Source: the human T2T-CHM13v2.0 reference genome, Homo sapiens
Length of the DNA: 64,000 bases
Assembly: GCF_009914755.1 (NCBI RefSeq)
Contig: NC_060936.1
Reading direction: 5' to 3' (one strand)
Translations under genes and position numbers: made by a program
The notes under the pieces: model-generated
Database searches by the model: none
Seen by the model: the letters and a program-made list of their open reading frames with translations, nothing else
What the model was told of the DNA's origin: nothing
In this document: piece by piece, positions 51,893 to 64,000 of the stretch
How positions within the stretch are numbered: position 1 is the first letter of the stretch
Layout: each line of letters begins with the position of its first letter

Positions 51893-53062
51893 AGCTATCA
51901 TCTCAGAAATCAGGTAAGCAAGTCACCCAGGAAACAAAATAGGTAACTATGTTAAAAATAAACACCTAATGTTTATTTCATTTGGTCCTCTAGGTACTAA
52001 CATCATCTCCATTCTAAAGATGAGGAATCTGAGGCTCATAGGGATTGAGTAACTTGTTCAAGGCTACGCTCTTAACCACAGCGCTGCATTCTTGTATTGA
52101 AAGCAGTTTGTTAACTTACAATTCAGAAACACATTTACTGCATAAATCCAATACTGTTGTGCATAGAACCTTATTATACTTTTTTCCTCTGGCTAAAATA
52201 AAATTGAAGCATTTTACATTTCCTTAATTGCCAGCAGGTGTCTAAAGGTTCTGTTTTCCATTTTCTGGTGTTAAACCTGAATGAGCTCAAATTAATGATT
52301 CCTGATAAATATGGAATAAACAGAAATGCTTTTTAAAAATTAACAAATATTAGTTCTTTATTTCATTGACCAGTAAATCAGCAAAAAAGAAAAAAAAAGT
52401 CTTAAAGAGCTTTACTCTTCCCCTTAAGTGAAGAGGAGGCTAATTAAAGACTCTTTAATGCCAATAGGAGAAATATATTTCCCACCCTGCTTCTGTTTTG
52501 TTATTGCTCTTGTGTTTTTGGCTAACATTTATCAAGCACATACTATGCGCCAGGCACTGTGACAAAAACCTGCATCTAACTATTCAATGTTTGTCACAAC
52601 CCCATGAGGTTTTCCTGAAATAAGCCACATTAAAATTGTCAAAAAGAAAAACCTCTTGCAAATAGCTGATCAAAATTCATCCTCTAAAAGCTATCCTGTA
52701 ACTCACACATTTTGACTCTGCCCTAAACATAGCCAGAAGTAGGTTGCCTTTCAAAATTATGTGGCCTGCCATGGGAAAAAATTCTCCAGCACCAACATGA
52801 TGTAATTGGAAGAACATAGATGCCTAGTGTTTTAATATACCCTTCGCAACTTTCTTGCTGTATGATCTTGGAGACAATACCAAAGCTCTCAGAATCAGAA
52901 TATCACATATTATCCTATCTGAAAAGGGACTATGATACCAAACTCATAATCTTCTGAGATTACAACTTACGACTCTTCTTTGGCTTGTCGTGAGGTAGAA
53001 TATAGATAATATATGGATAATCTGGAAAAAAGCGTGCCCAATAAATAACAGGGTATTAATCT

Positions 53063-53188
53063 CACCATCATCATCATCATCACCATTGCCATCATCATCA
53101 TCACCATCACCATTATCATCATCATCATCATCATCACCATTATCATCATCACCATCGCCATTATCATCATCCTCATCGTCATCATCAC
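53063..53188. repeat. Interrupted (CAT/CAC)n trinucleotide repeat
   Basis: Direct read. Confidence 0.95.
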
Positions 53189-53550
53189 CTGATACATTCT
53201 TAGATTCTTTGGGAGAAAAATGGTAGGAAATGAGTAGAAAATAAGACTCTTCCATGTGGTAGTTGTGTGTATTGTACATATACAACAATATATGAAGTCA
53301 TTTCATGTTTGGTAACTAGACAATTGTATCTCTACTCTTTTTTTTAATATTATTAGTCAGATGTCCAGTCCATAAAGGTTTAAAAAGTCAAGTATGGAGT
53401 AATTTGAGTATAACTGAAGAGCTTCATTTGTTTCAAATGAAATGAAGGGGAAAAAAGACTGGAGGAAACCAGAAAAGAAAGGAGGGAAATTGAGAGATGG
53501 GGAAAAAATTGGAATGTCAAATTTTTTTTTTCCATTCTCTGCTCTTGTGG

Positions 53551-53596
53551 GTTTTGTTTGGTTTGGTTTGGTTTGGTTTGATTTGGTTTGGTTTGG
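53551..53596. repeat. (GTTTG)n pentanucleotide repeat
   Basis: Direct read. Confidence 0.9.
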
Positions 53597-53863
53597 TAGG
53601 ACTACAGTATAACATATGCATCCTTGCGTCTTTTTATTTCTCATGACGAATAATCCATCCATTTTTTGGTAAGCATCTTAGGGCTCAGCAGATTGCTTTA
53701 TCACAGAAGGTTAAATCATAGAATCCTCAAAAGAATGGGTAGAATCCATTAAAAACTGTGCAAATGGAAAATAATGTACCTGTTTATTTTTCTGTTTTCT
53801 TCTTGCTACTTCAGAACTTTACTTTTCTTTGGCAAACATTGTAAAGAAAGAAAAATGTTCAGA

Positions 53864-54187
<324 letters not shown>

Positions 54188-54737
54188 GAGCTCAGAGTTC
54201 TCAGCATATTTACACAAAATTTAAAATATAAAAACTATATTTTTCCTTTGACTGCTCTAATATCAATATGCAGCTTGCTAATAGGCATATCACATTCCTG
54301 AATAAATAACATTCACTCTTCCTGGAACAGGTAGCCCCCAAGTTTCTTCATGTCTTTGCACAAAGGCCTCCTTATCAAAGAAGACTTTCCTAACCTCTGC
54401 AGGAAGTAAGTTCCCCGGCTCATCAATCACTACTTTCCTTATTTGTTTTTTTCTTTATTTTCTTCAGAGCACTTCTTGCAATGTAACATCTGTTTATTTA
54501 GTGTCGTTCTCAGTCCATTAGAAAGTAAGCTCCATGAGACCATGGATTTTCTTTGCTTCACTACTGTATGTCATGGCAGAAAACTTCAGCAATAATTATT
54601 TCAATGGTAATGCAGTGATTACTGAAAAGTGAATATTAAAGACTTATCTTCTGGAAGAGCAAAGTCCTAATTATTAGGTATCAGAAACTGATAAAAATTA
54701 ATATCAGCACATTTAAAATACATAGCTGATATCTTGA

Positions 54738-55094
<357 letters not shown>

Positions 55095-55959
55095 AAAAGT
55101 GTTTAATAATATGCTAGAATTGTCCCTTAAATAACTCCAGTGAAATAGCGACTTTGGAGGATTTATATATGCAGTGTCAAATAACCCCATTTAAAGTATC
55201 TATCTGGACACCTCAAAATGGTGTTAGTAAGAATTATTTTCAGACCTACAATAAGACAGTGTCCTAGATGTCCTGGATTAGTAAGTGAGCAGGTTTAAGG
55301 GGTACTAGAGAGTAGGGACTCCCTTATTATGTCTTGGACTCAAGATTGAAATTAGGGTAGGGTTTACCAGTGACGTGAATTCTGTGCTTATTTGTCAACC
55401 CTATGGTGTCTATACTGAATTCAGTAAAACTCTGGCTTTCAACTTGAGAATTAACACATCATACTTGTTTCCAATTTTATGTCATTGACATTGGTGAGAG
55501 ACTCCTATGTAGGACCATAGCCCACCAGGAAGAGACACTTGGGAGTCTCTGGCAGCATCTCTCAGCATCTAATCTATTGTCTCACACTGTTAAAATGTGT
55601 CTCCAAAGTTTCATATTTTATTCCACAAAATGAAAACCCAGGAATTATCTGGACTGATCTTCCACTGAAAGCAGACAAGTGGCATTTGTTACTTAAGCAT
55701 AATTTTAGAGCTTCACTCTCTTCAACCAGGTTGCTCATCAGAGTGTTCCTCCCAGAGGCATAAACAAGCTCTAGTAGATGCAATTTTCTCCATCTTCTAA
55801 CATTCCAAAAATAAATTTTAGTGCCCTTCACACATTGGCTTTCTGGCAAATGCCTGACTGGCCCACACTTAATCTGACTTTGACTTAACATAGCACTGGT
55901 TGCAAAAGATGTGAAAAACATGGGCAGTTCTTACAAAACAGATTGTGGTTCTAGAGCTT

Positions 55960-56170
55960 AGTCATATTTAAGAGCAAGAGTTTTGAAGCCAGTGTAGGTG
56001 GTAACAGCCATCTGAATGTGGGAAACTTACTTAATGTTTCTAAAGCTCAGATTCCTCAGTTGTAAGATAGGAATAATGATAGTACCTAGCTCAGAGGAGT
56101 GATGTGAGAATATGAGTAAGCACTGAACAACGTTGTCTTAAGGCCTGAGCAGAATAGTGAACATGAAAAT
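55960..56170 (+). mobile_element. MIR
   Basis: TTACTTAAT..CTCAGATTCCTCAG.TGTAAGATAGGAATAATGATAGTACCTAGCTCA. Confidence 0.75.
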
Positions 56171-56462
56171 GACTATCACATAGCAGTTCAACATGTCTGT
56201 TGTTTTCATGTGCTGCCAACATCCTGCATTTGTGTGACTGTTTCTGTTTCCAGCTGTCTTTATCCAGCCACACAGAAGACGAAAAGCTCATAGGAGTCCT
56301 AGAAAACAATGGTTACTTTGTCTTTATTTCAAGCAATAGAAGGGGACCTTCTTTAGGAATGCATGTTGGATCAAGTTGGAGAAGTTGATTAATATTGTTT
56401 AATGTTGTTTAAATTCAGCTGTTTAGGAAATGGAATGCCTGTGCTGATAATAAAAAAGATCA

Positions 56463-56998
56463 TAGATAGATAGATGGGTAGATAGGTAAATAAATGCATG
56501 ATGGATGAATTAGGTAGACAGAAAAACAGAAACAGTCATAATATAGATGAGTGGATAAGTAGGTGGGTGGATGGACACAGAGATAAAAACATATAAGGGT
56601 GCATAGATGGATAATTAGATAGAGAGATTAGATAGATAGAAAGATAGCCTGGGCAGAGTGGCTCACACCTATAATCCCAGAACTTTGGGAGGCCAAGACG
56701 GGGAGGATCTCTTGAGCCCAGTAGTTCAAGACCAGCCTGGGCAACATAAGGAGACCGTGTCTCTCTAAAAATGAAAAAATTAGTCAGGTGTACTGGCTCA
56801 CATTTGTAGTCCCAGCTACTTAGGAGGCTGAGGTGGGAGCACCTGTTTGAGCCAGGAGGTTGTGGCTGCAGTGAGCCACAGCACCCCAGCCTGGGTGACA
56901 GAATGAGATTCAGTCTCAAACAAACAAACAAAAAAAGATACACAGATAGATAGATGATAGATAGATACATAGATAGATAGACAGACACGTAGATAGAA
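56463..56998. repeat. Degenerate (GATA)/(GGAT)n tract split by an Alu
   Basis: Direct read on both sides of the AluJ at 56647-56936. Confidence 0.85.
56647..56936 (+). mobile_element. AluJ
   Basis: J-type Alu dimer with a small right-arm deletion and (CAAA)n tail. Confidence 0.9.
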
Positions 56999-57217
56999 AG
57001 AACAAATCTTGGAACTCCCTTCCTCTTCTGAGTTACAGCTGAACACACTTATGTTTAAAGTCTATGCTTTTCAGGCATGGTGCACTCAAGTTGCAAGGAA
57101 AACCTGGCAGATTTTCCTAGAACTTCTGATTTTGTTGATACCCTATTAAAATCATCAACATGCCCCTGCAAAATTTGATAAAATCCCAATTTCTTTATAG
57201 AACATAAAAACCCATTA

Positions 57218-57330
57218 CTGAGTTGATGGGTGCAACAAACCACCATGGCACGTGTATACCTATGTAATAAACCTGCACGTTCTGCACATGTATCCCTGAA
57301 CTTGAAGTATAATAAAAAATAAATTAATTT
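57218..57330 (+). mobile_element. Short L1PA 3' end
   Basis: GATGGGTGCA.CAAACCACCATGGCACGTGTATACCTATGTAA.AAACCTGCACGTTCTGCACATGTATCCC; TSD TAAAAA(C/T)CCATTA. Confidence 0.92.
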
Positions 57331-59177
57331 TAAAAATCCATTATTATCATACTTACCTTACTAACTTCTCTTCCTGTCACTTCTTCCTACTCCTTGAGCC
57401 AAGCTGGACTTACTGGTAATTCCCTGAACACTTTTGATTTCTACATGATTTCTATATGCTATTCTTACTAGAATTTTGTGTTTGTGTTTCAAAAAGTGTA
57501 GATATAAGACAAAACAAAAAATATATATTTATATTTTATAGAACAAAACCTTAAAGAATCAGTGTCATTTTATGTTAGAGGAGCATGGCCTTGGGTTACA
57601 GTCCCCCAGACCCTCCTGATGGTATCCCTTCCCTCTCCTTTAGCTTTATGTGTACTTTGGTGAAAATTTTTAAAAATGCGTGGTTAACCAAAGGACTGCA
57701 ATAATTGGTGTGGCATGACTCATAAAGCCTTTGCAATTTTTGTTTTATTATGCTTTTATTTTAGCAATGTATAAATTCATTTTTGCTAATACTAAATACA
57801 CATGCTATTAAGGTGATGCTCATCAGATGATATTTTCAGCAGAAAGGCTATGAGATGCAATGGAAAACAGAACACAGTTTGCTATGAGCAGAAGATAAAA
57901 GGCATAGATGCATGCTAAGCCAAAGAAAGATCAAATACTCAATAGACCCATAAAACTTTCCCTCATGGGTCTATGAAAGAGCACAGTCAAGCTGATAAAA
58001 GTTATACTGAAAGGAAGAGTCACTGTTGAAAGAAGATCAATTGAGTAGTGTATTGACCATGGATGCAATTTTCTAAAGCTTTGTAGAAATATTGATGTAA
58101 TCTAGGAGGGATTACTTTGCAAAATTTGCTGTCTCATTCACCATATTTGAGTATTTTAACCCCACTAAGTATGAGTGTCAGCAAAGACTTAGTACTTGAA
58201 AGTGTGCTAAGAGTTCAAAATGGTTAAGAATCTCTGAGTTAAATTTTGCATTTTAAATCAAGAGACTTACCAGTACCTTTTATCGTCAAACCAGAACCAG
58301 AAAATCAGGGTTGGGGAGGAGGCGGTGGCTTTTAATATAGTAAATCTAAGTATAAATGTATAAAATTCCATTTAAGTCGTAGTGCTTCCATGGAATGTAA
58401 AGTTGTAACAAAGATGATTCAAATATGGGTATATTATAAACATTTACAGAGATGTATTATTTTGAAAATGGTAAAGACCTCTGCAAATGGCCAGATGGAG
58501 AGAATTACACATATACAAAAAAAGTAACATTTTTAGATTAAAAGTTTGCAGATCTTTATCAGAAACCTTTATAAAAGCAAGTAAACTTTTTTCATTGTAC
58601 ATAAAAACATGGAAAATTTGCTAAGTTTCAGCAGGTATTTGGGGTATACAGTTATAGCCACCAAAGAATAATTTTTATGCTCATCTGGAAAGAATATTTT
58701 TTCAGGAATAAAGTGTTTTTTCACAGTGAGCTGTAACTGAGTGATTATATATGTATTCATATGAGACACTTTTGAGAGAGGAGGTGCTAAAACAAATTTA
58801 AAAGTATTAGTTGATCTATAGCAGGCTTTGTCCAGGCTTTTCTATGAGCAAACTGGAACACACAGTTAATCGAGGAATAATAACTACCTTCTTAATATCA
58901 TTTGCCATCCTATGCATTATATTGTCCACCATCTCTAAACTCTCTGAGTCTCACCATCATATTGTTCATAAGCAGTTCTCCATGGATGTCTGTTTCCAAA
59001 CATCTTGAGAGCACAGGAATTGTCTGCCTTGATTCCAGATAATATATTCAAGAAATTTTGTATGGCAAAGAGCTTTGGAAGCTAGAAATTTGGAACAAAG
59101 ATCAAGTTTATTTGTTTGCATCTTTTGTAAGATTTGGATTTTCTAAGACTAGGATTTCTCAGTTCTAACTTCAACCC

Positions 59178-59420
59178 ATTATGTGAACATCATCTGCTTG
59201 GGCCATGCCATAATTACCCGCATGGGATTTGGGACTTGGGGTGTCAAGGGGAACTTGCACAAATATAAAGCTCATGCTGCTTGTTATGTCATAAATAATT
59301 TGGTCCTTTGTCTTTGAACCAGGAGTCTCATGTCTTCTGCTAGCCTCCATGAATTTATAGCAGGCTAACTTGTTAGCTTACAAGTAGGTCAGAACCTCAG
59401 TCCCTTCATAGTTCTTAACA
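59178..59420 (+). mobile_element. ERVL LTR 3' part (MER74/MER54/MER73-like)
   Basis: GTCCTTTGTCTTTGAACCAGGAGTCTCATGTCTTCTGC..GGCTAACTTGTTAGCTT.CAAGTAGG..CCCTTCATAGTTCTTAACA end. Confidence 0.7.
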
Positions 59421-59648
59421 CACATCTACAGGGCAAAAGCAAAACAAATAAACATTATAATAGTGATATTCAATCCAGTTGAGCATGAGACAGGGCATTG
59501 AACGGGGATTTGGAAGTAAATTGTAATCCCACTGCATTACAACCATTTTTTGAGTTACTCTGTGCAAATTATTTCACTTCTTTCTGCTACTCAATTTCTT
59601 TTTTTTAATAAAGGAACTTCTGCTAACATGCAAATGTGTGCATGTGTG

Positions 59649-59804
59649 TTTTCTTTTTTTTTTTTTCTTTGCCCATTGTTTTATTATACTTTAAGTTCTG
59701 GGATACATGTGCAGAATGTGCAGGTTTGTTACATAGGTATACATGTGCCATGGTGGTTTGCTGCACCCACCAACCAGTCATCTACATTAGGTATTTCCCT
59801 TAAT
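59649..59804 (-). mobile_element. Short L1PA 3' end
   Basis: TTATTATACTTTAAGTTCTGGGATACATGTGCAGAATGTGCAGGTTTGTTACATAGG. Confidence 0.92.
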
Positions 59805-60704
59805 CTATAAAGTTTTTTTAGAGAGGGTGGTGGCCCTATAAGGTCTAACTCTAAATTCTTAAAACTTGTTAAATTTTTTTCAGTGTTTTTCATAACTCTG
59901 TCCCTTATTCCTTCAACAAGGGTTTTTTTGTTTGTTTGTTTGTTTGTTTTGTGTGTGTGTGTTGTGATAACTTAAAAATCAGAAAATATTACATATGGGA
60001 AGCTCCTTAGAGATGATGTACTTTAGGGACTTCCACAATTATGTTCTGATCAATCCTAGGTTTCTTCAGAGAAAATTTTGGGTCTCTGAAATGCTTGATT
60101 GAACTTTAATTTTCATATACAATTTAATTAAGTTTTAAGCTAATAAGACAGCATGTATAATCAGATGTGTTATAAGCCAAGTGCTAACACATAGAAGACC
60201 ATCAATGAGTCAACTTATATATTCACTGACATTAAAAATGCAAATGCCATAAAATTCAATTTCTAAAACAAATCTATACTGATAATATATTTATTTTGAC
60301 TGTTTTTCTATGGAAAGTTAAGAACAATAAATCACTTTGAACAGCCCATTTTACAAATCAGAAATATGAAAAACTAATAGGAATATGAGTATGATGAAAG
60401 AATGTGGTTAATTCGAGTAAAGAGAAGACAGAGGAGGCAGGAAGTTAGCTATACATGTATGGAGCTATGATAATTTAGTTGAAGTTTTTTATTCCTTTTG
60501 AGTTAAGGATCACGTTTTGTTTCTTTTGAGTTTCTATAGTTAAATGCTGCAATACCATGGAGTGTGGTTAACCAGAGTGAGTTTTCTTCCTATTAGAAAT
60601 TGTTATTAAAGACTTTGTTACAACTAAACAGAAAAAATAAAGGAATAATCCCATTAAAAAGTATGCAAAGGACTAAATAAACATTTCTCAAAAGAAGACA
60701 TACA

Positions 60705-61035
<331 letters not shown>

Positions 61036-61769
61036 TCACTAATCATCAGACAAATGCAAGTAAAAGCCGCAATAAAATCATCTTAACCCGGTTAGGATGT
61101 CTGTTATCAAAAAGACAATAACAAGGGCTGGTGAGGATGTGGAACTCTCATACATTGTTTATGGGAATGTGAATAAGAATAGCCCATATGGTCAACAATA
61201 TGGAGTTTTCTCAAAAAAAAAAAAAAAAAAAAAACCCTGAAAATAGAGCTACCATGAGATCCAGCAATCTCAATACTGGGTAGCTATCGAAATGAAAGGA
61301 AATCAGTATATCAAAGGGATACCTGGATTCCCATATTTATTGCAGTACTATTCACAATAGCCAAGATATTGAATCAACCTAAGTGTTCATCATTGAATGA
61401 ATAAAGAATATGTGGTATATATACACAATGAAATACTATATAGCCATAAAAAATAATAAAATCCTGTCATTTGCAGCAACATGGATGGAGCTGAAGGTCA
61501 TTGTCAAGTGAAATAAACCAGAAGCAGAAAGATAAATATCACATGTTCTCACTCATATGTGGAAGCTAAAAAGTTTCTCTCATGGAGGAAGAGAATAGAA
61601 TGATAGTTACTAGAGGCTTGGAATGTGGTGGTCAGGGTGGGATGAAGAGAGGGTAGTTAATGAGATAGATAGATAGAAGGAGTAAGTTCTTGTGTTTGAT
61701 AGCACACTAAGGTAACCATAGTCAAAAACTGTATATTGTGTGTTGTATATTTCAAAATTGCTAGAAGAG

Positions 61770-61930
61770 GGTCAGGTGCAGTGGCTCACACCTGTAATCC
61801 CTGCACTTTGGGAGGCCGAGGTGGGAGAATCACTTAAGCCCAGGAGGTCAAGGCTGCAGTGAGCCTAGATGGTGCCACTGCACTCCAGCCTGGGTGTCAG
61901 AGTGAGACCCTATCTCAAAAAACAAAAAAA
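61770..61930 (+). mobile_element. Alu monomer (left-arm 5' half joined to right-arm 3' half)
   Basis: GTGGCTCACACCTGTAATCC.GCACTTTGGGAGGCCGAGG then GAGGTCAAGGCTGCAGTGAGC..CACTCCAGCCTGGG; TSD-like CTA(G/C)AAGAG. Confidence 0.88.
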
Positions 61931-63321
61931 CTACAAGAGAAGATTTAAAATGCAAAGAAAAGATAAATGCTTAAGGTAATGGATATCCTAAATACCCTGT
62001 TTGGATAATTATACCTTGTATGCATGTATCAAAATATCACCTATACCCTGTAGATATTTACAAATATTATGTATCCAAAAAAATTAAAAGGCTTTAAAAT
62101 GTACATTTCTTCCTTGGCATTGCTACCTCTAATGATGAGATGACAGACCTAAACTTGGGAGAAACCAACCAGAATGAAAAAGAGATATGTATAAAAGACA
62201 ATATGGAAGAAAAACTACAGAACTTAATGGCAGGTACAAGTACAAAAAAAATTAAACTTTGCTCTTGCATCCTGGTGACTGGGAAATGATTATATTGTTG
62301 ACAGAAATATGAAAGTTGAACAGAGCAACCGGTTTGGGAAGGAAAAAATTATCAACACAATTTCAGAAAGTTAGGAGTTTGAAGAGATAGCAGAACTCCT
62401 GCTCTAAATCTCCAGTGAACAGGTCAGAATTGAGGAGAAAGGCCTAGATAGAATTAGAGATTTGGCAGTCATCTGTGTCCATAGATTGCAGGCTTCATAT
62501 ATCAGATTTTATCTGTTATTCTTGAATCTTGAAGTGCTGGTCATGTGGCAATTTTCTGCCACTCTTTCCAATAAAAAGTCCATATTCTGATTTCCCTGTG
62601 ACTCAGTAAATTGCCTCAAATCTCATACACTGTTTTTCTTGTTACTGGGTGTCAAACCAAATCTGCCTTTACTTTAAGTGTAAAAGTTTTAAAACTATGT
62701 TGTGTATATGCAAACTGGATAATTACATATTCATTTACTGAGAATATGGAAGCATGGAAAAAAACTAATAAATCATTTTCCTCAATCAATGTAAGGAATC
62801 TAGGTTTACAAAGGCATATTTGAATTACTATAAAAGAAAAGGAGACCTGACAATTTCTGTTTGATTGTGAGATGTATAGCATCATCAAAATTACAAGGTA
62901 AAAGCTGAGGAACATTTTTCTGAATGCTTGAAGAATTGACTGGGTATTCAGCAGAAGCTGAATGAAAATGTCAGGCTAACAATGAAGATTTTGTACTTTA
63001 TCACACCCTGATGACTGGTACATAGCAAGATTTGATCAGTTTCATAAAAGTAGGAAATTGAACTTTCAAAGACATCGCTAGTACTAGAATATACTAGAAT
63101 GCTCCTTTAGTATGCATTCAAGTTTTTTAATAGTATGTTACTTGGTTAATATTTATGTCTGTCTCATCCCTTAAGTCTACCTACATTTAAATTTTATTTC
63201 TTGGTAAGTATAAAATTATTCTAAGCTTACCTCAGACACTAACAAATAAGTAACAAGGGCTCGATGGGTATCAATTCCATGCCTAACACAGGGCTGGGCA
63301 TTATGAGAAGTTTAAGACATT

Positions 63322-63517
63322 CTAATAGAGTAGAATGGTGGTCTCCAGGGGCCACCTGGAGATGGAGAAAATAAGGAGATGTTGGTCTAAGGGTGCAAAC
63401 TTTCCATTATAAGATGAATAAGTTCTGGGGATCTAATGTATAGCATGGTAACTATAGATAATAATATTGTATTGTACACTTGAAATTTGCAAAGAAAGTA
63501 GATCTTAAATGTTCTCA

Positions 63518-63552
<35 letters not shown>

Positions 63553-63925
63553 TGGTAACAATGTGTTAACTAACTTGATTGTGGTAATTATTTCACTATA
63601 TATGTGTACTAAAATATCATGTTGTACACATTAAGTGCATATACTTTTTTATTATTATTATACTTTAAGTTTTAGGGTACATGTGCACAACGTGCAGGTT
63701 TGTTACATATGTATACATGTGCCATGTTGGTGTGCTGCACCCATTAACTCGTCATTTAGCATTAGGTATATCTCCTAATGCTATCCCTCCCCCCTCCCCC
63801 CATCCCACAACAGTCCCCAGTGTGTGATGTTCCCCTTCCTGTGTCCATGTGTTCTCATTGTTCAATTCCCACCTATGAGTGAGAACAGTGCATACACTTT
63901 TATTTGTCAATTATATCTCAATAAG
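63322..63925 (+). mobile_element. L1MA/MB-type 3' end containing (CA)n, interrupted by an L1PA
   Basis: AGAGTAGAATGGTGG..TATAAGATGAATAAGTTCTGGGGATCTAATGTATAGCATGG..GTAGATCTTAAATGTTCTCACCAC; resumes TTTTATTTGTCAATTATATCTCAATAA. Confidence 0.9.
63645..63887 (-). mobile_element. Young L1PA (PA3-like) 3' end
   Basis: TTATACTTTAAGTTTTAGGGTACATGTGCACAACGTGCAGG..TAGCATTAGGTATATCTCCTAATGCTATCCCTCCCCCCTCCCC; TSD AGTGCATA(T/C)ACTTTT. Confidence 0.95.
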
Positions 63926-64000
63926 GGTAGGGTGGGAAAGTGAGCCAGGACTTCTAATATCATGCTAGTCAATGCATTTATAAAATGTTATTTAATTACC

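Noticed and set aside
52944-53288. ORFs with poly-Asp/Gly and poly-Met tracts
   Set aside because: They are translations of the (CAT)n microsatellite; no splice or domain context
56536-57048. Longest ORF (170 aa, minus strand)
   Set aside because: Antisense Alu plus (TATC)n repeat translation, a classic artefact

Overview
Human-type (primate) AT-rich, CpG-poor non-coding DNA, either deep intron or intergenic. I cannot support any protein-coding gene, RNA gene or CpG-island promoter, and I cannot name the locus. The ORFs in the track are explained by Alu/L1/L2/LTR/microsatellite sequence or by chance. Much of the window is transposable-element debris. It includes a two-LTR ERV1 (MER4-group) provirus on the minus strand (19105-24946, with TTGG TSD, tRNA-Arg-like PBS, splice donor and PPT), solo LTRs (MLT1, LTR37-like, MER61, MER74-like), about ten Alus including a near-pristine AluYc1-like copy, L1 3' ends of several ages, many L2/MIR relics, and DNA transposons (Tigger4, MER53, MER103). 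I see no convincing new biological system. The most unusual structure is a recurring set of short patchwork insertions built from direct and inverted copies of neighbouring sequence, resembling template-switch or Pol theta end-joining scars. The best example (16711-16950) captured a copy of the provirus host-LTR junction from about 2.3 kb away. Repeat family names come from recalled consensus sequences, not a database search, and boundaries of old repeats are approximate.
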